A program made the translations under genes and the position numbers. From Planctomycetota bacterium (GTDB taxonomy: Bacteria > Planctomycetota > Planctomycetia > Planctomycetales > Planctomycetaceae): DNA of 64,000 nucleotides. Below, piece after piece: positions 27,684-38,092 of the stretch (position 1 is the stretch's first letter; the number at the start of each line of letters is the position of its first letter). The notes below the pieces were generated by a model. The model searched no databases and was not told where the DNA came from. It saw nothing but the letters and a program-made list of their open reading frames with translations. Where the stretch lies: assembly GCA_003670925.1 (NCBI GenBank), contig QWQG01000198.1:10994-74993 (forward strand). The letters are read 5' to 3'.

Positions 27684-28925
27684 TTACTCAATCCCAGGCA
27701 CCGGAAATGCGACGGAAAATTCTGCAATTTCGCCGCGAATTTTGCCAAGCGATCCCGCCTGATCGTGCGACTTCAATGCCGCCAATATCCATCCTCCGAC
27801 ACGCTTCATTTCGTCGGTCCGCATGCCGCGTGTCGTCAGTGCAGCTGTTCCGATCCGGATGCCACTGGGATCCATCGGTTTTCGCTGATCGTAGGGAATC
27901 ATGTTCTTATTGACTGTGATGCCGGCTTCATCTAAGGCATGTTCAGCCACCTTGCCGGACAAGCCAATTGTCGTCACATCACACATCATGAGGTGATTAT
28001 CTGTGCCTCCGGAAACTAAGCGCAATCCTCCCTGCATCAGGGTTTCCGCCAAGGTCTTTGCATTGTCCACAACCTGACGACCGTAGGCTTTGAATTCGGG
28101 CTTTAAGGCTTCCCCGAAACACACAGCCTTCGCGGCGACCATGTGCATTAACGGACCGCCCTGAATTCCCGGAAACACACTGCGATCAACATTCGCCGCA
28201 TGTTCTTTTCGGCAGAGCACAAAACCCGATCGTGGACCACGCAATGTCTTGTGTGAGGTGGACGTCACAAAGTCCGCATGCGGCACCGGACTATTATGAA
28301 TGCCGGCTGCCACCAGACCTGCATAGTGGGCCATATCCACCATCAAATAGGCTCCGACAGACTTTGCAATCTCGGCAAATTTTGCATGATCAATTTCCCG
28401 CGGATACGCACTGGCCCCGGCGACAAGCAGTCGTGGCTTATGCTCTTTCGCCAACGCCGCGACCTGCTCAAAGTCAATCCGATGGTCATGCTCACGCACT
28501 CCATAGTGAATCGCCTTGTACAGCTTGCCACTAAAATTCAAGTGCATCCCGTGGGTCAGATGCCCGCCATGTGCGAGGTTCATAGCCAGAATCGTATCGC
28601 CGACATTCAAGATGCTGAGATAAGCCGCCATATTGGCTTGCGAACCAGCGTGTGGCTGCACATTCGCATGTTCGGCTCCGAACAATTCCAGAGCCCGATC
28701 CCGCGCGATGTTCTCGACCACATCAACGTGTTCACAACCGCCATAGTAGCGTTTGCCGGGATAACCCTCGGCGTATTTATTGGTGAGCACCGTGCCCGCC
28801 GCTTCCATCACAGCCGCACTGGTGTAATTCTCTGAAGCGATCAGTTCGAGCGCATCGACTTGGCGGCGACGCTCATGAACAATGGCATCCCAAATGGCTG
28901 AATCGGTGGATTTCAGGGCAGACAT
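27684..28925 (-). CDS. glyA: Serine hydroxymethyltransferase
   Basis: The internal ATG (complement 28923-28925) gives [22 protein letters not shown]. The PLP site is [14 protein letters not shown]. Confidence 0.95.
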   Translation of the reverse strand: MSALKSTDSAIWDAIVHERRRQVDALELIASENYTSAAVMEAAGTVLTNKYAEGYPGKRYYGGCEHVDVVENIARDRALELFGAEHANVQPHAGSQANMAAYLSILNVGDTILAMNLAHGGHLTHGMHLNFSGKLYKAIHYGVREHDHRIDFEQVAALAKEHKPRLLVAGASAYPREIDHAKFAEIAKSVGAYLMVDMAHYAGLVAAGIHNSPVPHADFVTSTSHKTLRGPRSGFVLCRKEHAANVDRSVFPGIQGGPLMHMVAAKAVCFGEALKPEFKAYGRQVVDNAKTLAETLMQGGLRLVSGGTDNHLMMCDVTTIGLSGKVAEHALDEAGITVNKNMIPYDQRKPMDPSGIRIGTAALTTRGMRTDEMKRVGGWILAALKSHDQAGSLGKIRGEIAEFSVAFPVPGIE

Positions 28926-29243
28926 TTCAACTTCTTTCAATGGCGCGGAATACGAGCGACAGGAGGACCACAAAAGCGAGATTCAGTGAAAACACTGATT
29001 GAACCAATTTTCGTCAGGAATTGAGATGCACGATAATCTTTCGTGCAAGTCTTCGAGCCGTTTTCGTGAGATTTTTTGGGAATTGTTTAAGGGAAATCCG
29101 GAACCCTCAGCGACTTTTCACTCTTATAGCACTAGATCGTCTGATTGCTACCCTTTGTGATTTTTCGACGGTATCTTCGCTGAAAACTTTTAGCGTTTCC
29201 GATCTACGGAATGCACGATTGTTGTCTTAACGGAGGAAAACCG

Positions 29244-30716
29244 GTGACTGACCGGCCATCGCTCGAGTCCCGCGAAATCGCTGCTCCTCCGTTGACTCAT
29301 CCCGAATCTGAGATCGCTGCCCATGCGACCAAGGCGGAGCACGAGGTGGCCGTGAGTTCACTACCACTTGTCGCTGAAACGGTTGCTTTTACCGGAACGC
29401 TGGCGTCAATGACGCACCGCGACGCGATTCGGCTTGTGGAACAATATGGCGGCCGCGCCACGCATACCGTCAGTGGTTCGACCACCATGTTGATCATCGG
29501 CGAAGAAGGCTGGCCTTTGGAAACTGATGGTGGAACTTCTCAGAAACTCCAGCAGACCGCTAAGTTGGTCGCCGATGGCTCTGAGATCAAGGTTCTAGCA
29601 GAATCAGACTGGCTGCTCTTGCTGGGGTTGGATGAGCATCGCGAAGAGATCCGCCGCGCGCATACACCGGCGATGCTGAGCCGATTGCTTGATGTTCCGG
29701 TGCGGATGATTCGTCGTTGGGCGCGGTTGGGACTGATTCGCCCGGTTCGCCGCGTTTGTCGCCTGCCGTATTTTGATTATCGCGAAGTGGCCAGCGCGCG
29801 ACGTCTGGCGATGTTGCTGGATCAAGGTGTCTCAGCAGACGTGCTTGAACGTAGCCTCAGTGAACTGAGTCACACGATGGCTGGCACTGACCGATCCTTG
29901 GCCCAGCTGAATCTGCTTGTGCAGGATGACAAGATCCTGATGCGGGACGATCGCGGTGTGCTGAATCCCCGCACTGGCCAGCGACTGTTGGATTTTGATG
30001 TGACCGACGGCTTCGGCGTCTACAGTCCTGCCGAAGAAGGGGCATTATCAAATGATCCGGACGACCACGACGAGACGGACGAAGAAACCGTTTCAATTCC
30101 ATTCAGTTCGGCACGACCGGATCTGCAAGACCGCCGGATGACGGATTGGAACGCTGAAGAATGGTTCCACGAAGGTTGTCGCTTGACGGAAGAAGGGGAA
30201 CTGGAGTCAGCGATCAATGCCTTCAGAAATGCGATGAGTCTGTTATCGTCGGAATTTGCCGCAGTGCGACTCAGTTCTGAGCATCTGGCAGATGACCAAT
30301 TTTCGCTGTTTCCAGATCCCGCGGAGGTCAATTTCCACATGGCTGATGCCTTGTATCGCATGGGTCGGGTCGAAGCTGCGATCGAACGCTATTACTGTGC
30401 GATTGAGTCCGCTCCGGATTTTATCGAAGCGTGGACGCAATTGGGTTGCCTGCAGTCGGAACTGAATCAGTCCGACGCGGCGGAGCAATCGTTGGTCACC
30501 GCGATCTCAATTCATCCTGGAAACCCCGACGCACTCCTCCACTACGCTCAATTGCTGGATCAGAACCAACGCGATTCCGAAGCCGTCGACTACTGGAAAC
30601 AGTATCTGCAACACGATTCTCGCGGGCCTTGGTCCGATCATGCCCGCGACCGCATCGCCCGTGTCACGCAAGTGGGCGTTGCGGCGCCTCTGTCTGAAGA
30701 CGATCTCTTTGGCTGA
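29244..30716 (+). CDS. BRCT - MerR-type HTH - TPR multidomain protein
   Basis: Likely GTG start at 29244, 7 nt after GGAGG (the ORF opens at ATG 29211). BRCT-like FTGTLASMTHRDAIRLVEQYGGRATHTVSGSTTMLIIGE. MerR-like HTH AMLSRLLDVPVRMIRRWARLGLIRPVRR...YFDYREVASARRL. C-terminal TPRs. Confidence 0.7.
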   Translation: MTDRPSLESREIAAPPLTHPESEIAAHATKAEHEVAVSSLPLVAETVAFTGTLASMTHRDAIRLVEQYGGRATHTVSGSTTMLIIGEEGWPLETDGGTSQKLQQTAKLVADGSEIKVLAESDWLLLLGLDEHREEIRRAHTPAMLSRLLDVPVRMIRRWARLGLIRPVRRVCRLPYFDYREVASARRLAMLLDQGVSADVLERSLSELSHTMAGTDRSLAQLNLLVQDDKILMRDDRGVLNPRTGQRLLDFDVTDGFGVYSPAEEGALSNDPDDHDETDEETVSIPFSSARPDLQDRRMTDWNAEEWFHEGCRLTEEGELESAINAFRNAMSLLSSEFAAVRLSSEHLADDQFSLFPDPAEVNFHMADALYRMGRVEAAIERYYCAIESAPDFIEAWTQLGCLQSELNQSDAAEQSLVTAISIHPGNPDALLHYAQLLDQNQRDSEAVDYWKQYLQHDSRGPWSDHARDRIARVTQVGVAAPLSEDDLFG

Positions 30717-30950
30717 AGCGTGAAACGCACGCTGGAATCCGCTTTGTATTATCCGGGAAACCATCCTGAATCCGTTCCCGGAAAATTGAGGAATCGGTGA
30801 TACCCTTTCCTCGTCGCGTCTGCCACTGTAGCATCTGCATCTTTCCGGCCGGATGTGCCCTGCCGCTCCGTGGCGGAGATCTTTGGTGCGGAACCAACAA
30901 ACATCCCGACAAATGCGTCGATATTTCGAGGACAGGATCTCAGGTGCGTT

Positions 30951-31262
30951 ATGAGCAAATTTGAATCGGTGACAGTCGTGAAAGCTGCAAATATTTATTT
31001 CGACGGCAAGGTCACCAGCAGGACTGTCGAGTTCGCTGATGGCAGCATTAAGACATTGGGAATCATGCTTCCCGGCGAGTATAAGTTTAATACTGGCAAG
31101 CCAGAACTGATGGAGATTCAGGCAGGGCAATTGAACTACTGTCTGTCAGGCGAAACGCAGTGGCATGACGTCAAGGGGGGAGAATCCTTTCACGTTCCGG
31201 GCAACTCGTATTTTGAACTCAAAGTCACGCAAGTGACCGACTATATTTGTTCATTCCTATAA
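30951..31262 (+). CDS. ppnP: Pyrimidine/purine nucleoside phosphorylase PpnP (DUF1255)
   Basis: ATG at 30951. The 103-aa product is MSKFESVTVVKAANIYFDGKVTSRTV...PGEYKFNTGKPELMEI..G, typical of YaiE/PpnP. Confidence 0.9.
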   Translation: MSKFESVTVVKAANIYFDGKVTSRTVEFADGSIKTLGIMLPGEYKFNTGKPELMEIQAGQLNYCLSGETQWHDVKGGESFHVPGNSYFELKVTQVTDYICSFL

Positions 31263-31417
31263 ATCAAGCGGTGAGCCGGATGGCGCTCGCTACCGGTTAC
31301 TGTTATGCAAACGCACTCCGGCACCGGCGACTAGCGTCGGGCCGCTGACTTGTAATGTTCGTCCCCCGGACTCCATCGTCGATCCTAAATTTTCTTTGCT
31401 CACATTCAAGGCTCTCC

Positions 31418-33145
31418 ATGCGCTGGTCCCAATCATTTATCCCGACCATGAAGGAAGTTCCTGCGGATGCTGAAGTGCCCAGCCATCAATTAATGCTGCG
31501 GGCCGGACTGATCCGTCAATTGATGGCTGGAGCGTACACTTACCTTCCGCTGGGCTATCGGTCTGTGCGTAAGGTTTCGGAAATTGTCCGCCAAGAAATG
31601 GATAAGGCTGGCGCGGTTGAGCTGTTCATGCCAGCTCTGCAGCCGATGGAAATCTTCGAACGCACCGGGCGGCGTGAAGCATTCGGCAACGTTCTGTTCA
31701 ATTTCGAAGTGAAGAAGGGCGATCGAAAACTGCACTTGGCACTCGGTCCGACACATGAAGAAGTGATCACAGACTTGATGGCCAAACACATCAGCAGCTA
31801 CCGTCAGTTGCCGATCACGCTTTACCAGATCCAGACGAAGTTCCGTAACGAAGAACGCCCGCGCTTCGGCGTCTTGCGCACGAGTGAATTCTTGATGAAG
31901 GATGCGTACAGTTTCGCTGCCACAATTGAACAGCTCAATACGGCATACGACGCGATGTACAACGCATATTGCCGAATTTTCGAGCGTTGCGGGTTGAAAT
32001 ATCTGCCGGTCGAAGCGGAGAGCGGTCCGATCGGCGGCGATGCTTCGCACGAATTCATGGTGCCTGCAAGTAACGGCGAAGACTTTGTGATCCACTGCCC
32101 GAAATGCAGTTACGCTGCAAATCAGGAACGCGCGGACACTGGCCGCCAAGCAAAAGTGCAGGCCAAAGTGGATGAGGCAGCCGCGCCGGTGAAAGTCGAT
32201 ACGCCTGACGCTGGCAGCATCGAACAAGTGAGTCAGTTGCTAAAGTCCGACGCAAAATCATTCATCAAGACGCTGATCTACAAAGCCGACGGCAAACCAA
32301 TTGCCGTACTTCTGCGCGGCGATCATACTGCGAACGAAGGCAAGATTCGTCGAGCCACTCAAACGACGACCGTCGAACTGGCCGATGAAGCCACGATCTT
32401 GAAAGTTACCGGAGCGCCCGTGGGTTTTGCTGGTCCGATCGGCATTCAATGTCCGTGCATTGCGGATCACGATGTGGCTCTGATTCAAGCCGCGATCGTC
32501 GGTGCAAACTCAAAGGACGCACATTTAACGGGCGTCATTCCCGGGACGCACTTCAAACTGACGGAGACGTTTGACCTGCGAAACGCAGAAACCGACGATC
32601 CCTGCCCGAAATGTGCGGGGACGCTGCAGATGGTACATGGGATTGAAGTTGGTCACGTCTTCAAACTAGGCACTAAGTACAGCGTGTCGATGGACGCCAA
32701 GTTCGTAGATGCCCAAGAACAGTCACATCCCATCATCATGGGCTGCTACGGTATCGGCGTGACACGCGTCGTGGCCTCGATTGTGGAAACCTGCCACGAT
32801 GCGAATGGGATCATCTGGCCGATCAACGTTGCGCCATATACCGTGCAAATTATCCCGCTGAACGTGAACGATGCAGAGGTAATGAGGATCACTAACCAGA
32901 TTTATGCGGAACTCACCAATGCAGGTATCGACGTCCTCATGGACGACCGTGATCAGCGTCCGGGGTTCAAGTTTAAAGACGCCGACCTGATCGGGATCCC
33001 CTTGCGGGTCACGATCGGCGGCAAAGGCCTCGCCGAAGGCATCGCCGAAATTAAATGGCGAACTGAAAGCGATGCAAAGAAGATTCCGTTGGCAGATGCC
33101 GGGGGATTTGTTAAGGATTTGATTGCGCAAAAACAGGAATGCTGA
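31418..33145 (+). CDS. proS: Prolyl-tRNA synthetase (bacterial type with editing insertion)
   Basis: ATG at 31418 gives [19 protein letters not shown]. Class II motif 2 is [25 protein letters not shown] and motif 3 is GCYGIGVTR. Confidence 0.95.
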   Translation: MRWSQSFIPTMKEVPADAEVPSHQLMLRAGLIRQLMAGAYTYLPLGYRSVRKVSEIVRQEMDKAGAVELFMPALQPMEIFERTGRREAFGNVLFNFEVKKGDRKLHLALGPTHEEVITDLMAKHISSYRQLPITLYQIQTKFRNEERPRFGVLRTSEFLMKDAYSFAATIEQLNTAYDAMYNAYCRIFERCGLKYLPVEAESGPIGGDASHEFMVPASNGEDFVIHCPKCSYAANQERADTGRQAKVQAKVDEAAAPVKVDTPDAGSIEQVSQLLKSDAKSFIKTLIYKADGKPIAVLLRGDHTANEGKIRRATQTTTVELADEATILKVTGAPVGFAGPIGIQCPCIADHDVALIQAAIVGANSKDAHLTGVIPGTHFKLTETFDLRNAETDDPCPKCAGTLQMVHGIEVGHVFKLGTKYSVSMDAKFVDAQEQSHPIIMGCYGIGVTRVVASIVETCHDANGIIWPINVAPYTVQIIPLNVNDAEVMRITNQIYAELTNAGIDVLMDDRDQRPGFKFKDADLIGIPLRVTIGGKGLAEGIAEIKWRTESDAKKIPLADAGGFVKDLIAQKQEC

Positions 33146-33411
33146 AGTTTGCTTCTGGTGCAAATGGACTGGATCGTGTACGCATGGCGCGTGCGGAATG
33201 CTTCGGCAGGCTGTTGAATTCGGGTAGCAGACGTTGCCAGAATTGGCCCTATTGCGTAGGTCCAATTGTTCGATAGGACACGAAAAACCTTCAGATTCGA
33301 CAGCACGGGTAACTTTCAATGCCGCAAGTCTTGATCTTCGGCGACCTGAGGCACAAGTTTGAGCTAGACAAATGTATGGTAGCTTCACGTGCTTCAACTA
33401 GTCTTCAAGCT

Positions 33412-33864
33412 ATGCCTTTGAGAAATCACGGCACTCATTTGACAACAGAAATACTGGGGATCGATTCGACGCATCGCCGGGTTAAATCGAACCGGGGAGT
33501 CGCGGCCGTAGAGCTGGCTGTGACATTGCCCCTGTTGGTGATTCTCGTGTTTGGTGCCATGGAAATGGGCAATGCTGCTTTTCTGCGACAGTCACTGAAC
33601 ATTGCCGCATACGAGGCAGCGAAAGTCATAACTCAGCCGGGCGACAACGAAGCACTGGCGCGGACACGATGCCAAGAAATCCTGACTGTTCGGAGGATCA
33701 CGGTTTTTACGATCGCATTTTCTCCGACAGTAACAGCGGCAACCGCGCGAGGCACGCAGGTCACCGTGACATTGTCTGCTCCGGCATCTAATCTTTCCTA
33801 TGGCCCCGTAAAATTCATGTCAGGGAAAACGACCACATCATCGGTGGTTATGGTTCGAATGTAG
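33412..33864 (+). CDS. TadE-like pilus-assembly protein
   Basis: The TadE N-terminal motif is RGVAAVELAVTLPLLVILVFGAMEMG. The start could be ATG 33412 or ATG 33376. Confidence 0.7.
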   Translation: MPLRNHGTHLTTEILGIDSTHRRVKSNRGVAAVELAVTLPLLVILVFGAMEMGNAAFLRQSLNIAAYEAAKVITQPGDNEALARTRCQEILTVRRITVFTIAFSPTVTAATARGTQVTVTLSAPASNLSYGPVKFMSGKTTTSSVVMVRM

Positions 33865-33934
33865 AAAAATCTAATGGTGGCTGAGACTGCATCATGGTTC
33901 TGCGTGCCTTCAATCGTGACGTGCTAGTGTCAAC

Positions 33935-34207
33935 ATGAAAATAATTTTTAACCAGAGTATTCGATCAATTGACAGGCCTTCAGGAGCAGCCCACATCGTG
34001 ATTGCTGCCATGCTGTTCACATTTATCGTGATGGCAGCGATGACCGTCGATGTCGCCTACATGCAGCTCATTCGAACTGAACTCCGAACTGCAACAGACG
34101 CTGCTGCGAAGGCCGGTGTCGAAGCACTGATTAGGACTCAGAATGCAACTGCGGCAAAGGCTGCCGCGGTTCAGTACGGGCTCAGTGTGCCAAGCTGCGT
34201 TGGCTAA
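33935..34207 (+). CDS. TadG/Tad_N-like N-terminal fragment (truncated)
   Basis: 90 aa: GAAHIVIAAMLFTFIVMAAMTVDVAYMQLIRTELRTATDAAAKAG. This matches only the N-terminal module of TadG-type proteins. The ORF ends where it overlaps the convergent gene. Confidence 0.5.
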   Translation: MKIIFNQSIRSIDRPSGAAHIVIAAMLFTFIVMAAMTVDVAYMQLIRTELRTATDAAAKAGVEALIRTQNATAAKAAAVQYGLSVPSCVG

Positions 34208-35430
34208 AAGGCCTCAACCATTGGTAGTCCGTGTGTTAAGCTCCCAGAAATCGGCGTTTTCGTGCTGGAGGCAGACCACGAGACATTAGTCACGGGTGTC
34301 GTAGCCTCTCTTGCCGAAAACGCAGGATCCGGGGTTGGGCCGACGGCGGTATTGGGGGTTGAGTTCGCTGGGACGGCCGAAGGAGTGGCGGTGGGCAGCA
34401 TCGTTTCTGATGACCATTCTTTTCCGGACGAATGCATGTCGGGCATTTCGTTGCCGGGCATTCCGGTTCCGAATGACATTGCTGCTGTCTGATCTGGTGG
34501 CACGTTCATGATCGAGTTTGCGGATTGCCAACCGCCGGATGCTGGCATGTTTCCGAGCATTTGCATCTCGCTCGGCGCGTAATGTGTTGACATCATGTTA
34601 TTAGACATCATGTTAGGAGCGGCTGCCATTTGGCCACCATCCATTGAATTTCCACCTATGCCCATTTGATTCTGAGCCATTCGCATCTGAGCCATCCGGG
34701 CACCGCGCGACGGCGGCCCAAAGGCAGTCTGTTGGCGAGGCACACTGTAAGGATGCACCCCGCGGGCCATCGCAGTCGCGGCCATCGGACTACCCGGACC
34801 CGCACTTTGTGATGCGGCGGCGATGCGCGAATGAACTTCAGGCTGATTCCAGTCGGATTGGAGTGAACGTTGATAGACGGCCACTGCCTGATCCGGGTGA
34901 CCGCTCTCTTCGTAGTACTGCCCTAGATGAGCCAACGCCGTCGTATGACTTGGATTCACCTGAAGCGCTCTTTGTAAGGATTGGGCCGCGGCGTCAGACT
35001 GGCCCATTTCTCGTTGCAACCAAGCCAGTTCAACATGGGATTCGGCGACGTATGGCTGAGTTCCTGCCCATGTCGTCAATAAGCTAGCGGCTTCGTCGCT
35101 TCGCCCCTGAGTCATCATGGTTTCTGCCAATCCGTGATACGACGGCTGATGCGAGGGTGCCATCGTCAGCGATTGGCGGTACAATTGTTCGGCGCCTTGC
35201 GGGTCACCCAACTTCAACTTTGCCTTAGCAAAATTTGCGACGTAGTCGGGATTCGAGGGATTCGCCAACATTGCCTGCTGAAACTCATTCGCAGCGGCTG
35301 CGTAGTTCCCGTCTTCGTAATAGCCCATGCCCGACGAATTCGTCGCGTAGCCATTCATTGTATGACAGCCACTAGCATGCAGGGCCATCAATCCGACAAA
35401 ACAAAGGAGCTGCAACCTGAAGAAGCGCAT
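34204..35430 (-). CDS. TPR-repeat lipoprotein with Met-rich low-complexity C-terminal half
   Basis: Lipobox MALHASGC. Four to five TPRs fill the first 200 aa. A Met/Gly/Asn/Pro/Ala-rich region follows. Confidence 0.75.
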   Translation of the reverse strand: MRFFRLQLLCFVGLMALHASGCHTMNGYATNSSGMGYYEDGNYAAAANEFQQAMLANPSNPDYVANFAKAKLKLGDPQGAEQLYRQSLTMAPSHQPSYHGLAETMMTQGRSDEAASLLTTWAGTQPYVAESHVELAWLQREMGQSDAAAQSLQRALQVNPSHTTALAHLGQYYEESGHPDQAVAVYQRSLQSDWNQPEVHSRIAAASQSAGPGSPMAATAMARGVHPYSVPRQQTAFGPPSRGARMAQMRMAQNQMGIGGNSMDGGQMAAAPNMMSNNMMSTHYAPSEMQMLGNMPASGGWQSANSIMNVPPDQTAAMSFGTGMPGNEMPDMHSSGKEWSSETMLPTATPSAVPANSTPNTAVGPTPDPAFSAREATTPVTNVSWSASSTKTPISGSLTHGLPMVEAF

Positions 35431-35706
35431 GGCAGGAGCCTTTCAGAAAATTCTGGAAAGGTGAGAGTGCTGAGGAAACCAGAGACGGGAACTCTGAAAC
35501 TGTGAGAACAGTTCAAAGCCGATTGAGATTGGAGAGAAACGGAGAATACCCGTTGCGGCAATTTCCAGGCAACGCCGATTCGGAAGCGATGGACACCCAA
35601 ATGGCGGCGCAGGCCAGACACCGGCAGATTCTGCCGAATTTCAGACATTCTGCGGGTCCACCGGGCAAAATTAGCCGGTTTTTGGCTGAATCGAATCAAG
35701 TTCGCC

Positions 35707-36810
35707 TCAGCCTTCCGCTACGTTGACATAAACCTTGAGCGCTTCCTTGTCTTCAACCAGCAAACGCATCATCACTTTGTAGTTCTCCAAGCCCTCAACA
35801 GGGGTCGTCAAAATCTTCTGAATCACGCCCGGCCAAGTCGCTTCGCCCAGTGCTAGATCAGCGATTCCTGATTCAAAATGCCGGAAGTTGGCATTCACAG
35901 ATCCGACCAACAGCTTGTTGCCTAAGACCCAGTTGAGATTGATACTATCGCTCGGGACTTCTATTTTCTGCGTGCCACCTGTAATGCTCGTCCAGACCAT
36001 ACAGCCATTGTGACCAAGAACTTGCATCGCTTCAAACGCAATCGCGCTACTTCCGGTGGCTTCAATAATCAGATCCGGCTTACCGTATCTTGCCGCGAGT
36101 TCCGTAAGCGAATATTCCTGCGTGCTGATATACGCCGCGCCAAACCCTTCCGCGATTTCCGCTTTGAGATTCGGCTTGCGGCCGCGCGCCAGTGTCCAAA
36201 CCTCGATGCCTCGCAGTCGCAAGATCAAAGTCGATAACAATCCAATTTGACCTGCTCCCGTTACCCAAGCGCGCTTTGGTTCCCAGACCTGCAATCGCCT
36301 CTGCGCGAGAATTGCTTGGTCAACGGCCTTGGCCGCACAACTCATCGGTTCGGCCAACACATGCAGGTGCTTGAGTCCCACTGGGATGCGGACGACGAAT
36401 TCTTCATCGTCTACAAAGTACTCCGTCAGAAATCCATGCCGCAGATTGATCCCACGCTCATAATACTGTTCCTCGCTAGTAATGTCGGAGCGGCCAATCC
36501 GATCATAGATCGATCCACCTGGACGCCGCACCGTACATGTCACGTAATCGCCAACTTTCACGCGCCGCACGTTCGGACCGACTGCTTCCACGATGCCGAA
36601 ACACTCGTGCCCGATCACAAGAAAGTCGTATCCAAGTGGCGCGTTGCCGTAAAGTGCCTCGTTGATTTCACGATCTGTGGCGTCAACGCCAACCTTGAGA
36701 ACTCTAATCAGCACTCCGCGACCATCAGGAACATCCGTCACAGCCGGTTTTTCCAGTTCAGCAAGATGCACGCTGTTTGGAGTTCCGGGACGTACGGCAA
36801 TGGCTTTCAT
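35707..36810 (-). CDS. Zn-dependent MDR dehydrogenase (glucose 1-dehydrogenase / threonine dehydrogenase-like)
   Basis: The internal ATG (complement 36808-36810) gives [22 protein letters not shown]. Zn-site motif GHECFG and Rossmann motif TGAGQIGL. Confidence 0.8.
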   Translation of the reverse strand: MKAIAVRPGTPNSVHLAELEKPAVTDVPDGRGVLIRVLKVGVDATDREINEALYGNAPLGYDFLVIGHECFGIVEAVGPNVRRVKVGDYVTCTVRRPGGSIYDRIGRSDITSEEQYYERGINLRHGFLTEYFVDDEEFVVRIPVGLKHLHVLAEPMSCAAKAVDQAILAQRRLQVWEPKRAWVTGAGQIGLLSTLILRLRGIEVWTLARGRKPNLKAEIAEGFGAAYISTQEYSLTELAARYGKPDLIIEATGSSAIAFEAMQVLGHNGCMVWTSITGGTQKIEVPSDSINLNWVLGNKLLVGSVNANFRHFESGIADLALGEATWPGVIQKILTTPVEGLENYKVMMRLLVEDKEALKVYVNVAEG

Positions 36811-36993
36811 CGATTCAACTTTCCTAGACGTGCTGCTACGACTTCTGATTGGAATGCTTCGTTCCGTCTGCCTTGCGCGGAAACGTGAGCCGAATTCTAG
36901 GCAACGACCGCTCCCTGTCAAAACATGCCGGAATGCCGGAATCACGATGTGCCTAGAAAGCGCCCGCATCTCGCTAATCCACAGCGAATACGC

Positions 36994-38031
36994 CTATTTT
37001 GCACCCACCGTCGCCGTCAATTCAGCAACTTTTTTTGCCGCAGCCTCGGCCGCAGTCGCTTTCACATCGGCGATCTTGACGGGCACAAATCCTCGGCGTT
37101 TGCTTTCATCGGCGGCCTCCATGAAGGCATACAGGTCTATGGTTTCTTCCGCGGTGACTGGTGGTTGTCCGGTTCGATAGAATTTCACGATCTCAACAAC
37201 TAGGGGACGGTAGCCGTCGAACTGACCCAGCGATGCCACACCATTCGCTCCAAACGCAGTGCCGCCGTATCCGGCTCCTCCAGCGCGAATTCCACGAAAC
37301 GTTCCGATCCGCCCGCCCGCCCAAACGCCCGTCACCTGATCAAAGTCTTTAGTAGAAGTGCGGACCACAGATTCACAGCCCGCTCCCATCACCGTAAACA
37401 GCGTCTCGCAGCCATGAATGCCGTACCAAAACAAATCCGGATGAGTCGCTTCCAGAGAACAGGGCGAATACGCGTCACATCCTGTGATTGGCCCGATCGA
37501 GCCGCCGCGAATTTCCTGAATGGCTTTCGAAAATCGTAGCGACGATGAACTGAAGACGGGCGTTTCATAGTGCTTCGCAAGTTGAAAAATGGCGATCGCA
37601 TCAACCAATGATCCAGCGACCGGCTTGTCAATAAAGACGGGTTTGCGAGCCTTTAATACGGGCGTCACCTGTTCCAGATGTGGCCGACCGTCGTTGGTCT
37701 CGAGCAACACTGCATCAACTTGTGAAATCATCGTGTCTAGGTCGTCGCAGATCTCAACACCAAGCGCTCTGATTTTTGTGGTGTATTCCGGCACACGCGT
37801 CACGCTGCTTTCGATATCAGGGCTGCCTTTCGGATACACCAACACAACTTGAAAGCCTGCCACTTCCGGATCGGGTGCCTCCTTGTTCAGCAATTCGGCA
37901 AACGCCAAACAATGCGATGTGTCTAGCCCGATCATTCCGATTCGCATCGGCTTCGCTGGTTCGTCAGCGACGACGAAACCTCCACCTAGGATGGTGATCG
38001 TGATTGCATAAGCCACCCAAAATGCACGCAT
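36994..38031 (-). CDS. Secreted Gfo/Idh/MocA family oxidoreductase
   Basis: N-terminal hydrophobic signal, then the Rossmann start MRIGMIGLDTSH. The length and pattern are typical of the family. Confidence 0.8.
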   Translation of the reverse strand: MRAFWVAYAITITILGGGFVVADEPAKPMRIGMIGLDTSHCLAFAELLNKEAPDPEVAGFQVVLVYPKGSPDIESSVTRVPEYTTKIRALGVEICDDLDTMISQVDAVLLETNDGRPHLEQVTPVLKARKPVFIDKPVAGSLVDAIAIFQLAKHYETPVFSSSSLRFSKAIQEIRGGSIGPITGCDAYSPCSLEATHPDLFWYGIHGCETLFTVMGAGCESVVRTSTKDFDQVTGVWAGGRIGTFRGIRAGGAGYGGTAFGANGVASLGQFDGYRPLVVEIVKFYRTGQPPVTAEETIDLYAFMEAADESKRRGFVPVKIADVKATAAEAAAKKVAELTATVGAK

Positions 38032-38092
38032 AAGGTTATCTCCGCTGTAATCATTCTACTCGGGAAACAAGGCTGATCGTCCGTGCCGATCA

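Noticed and set aside
28926-29210. A riboswitch (for example ZTP or THF-type) in the glyA leader.
   Set aside because: I could not recognise any of the conserved core sequences of those classes in the 285-bp divergent region. An Infernal/Rfam scan would be needed to rule it out fully.
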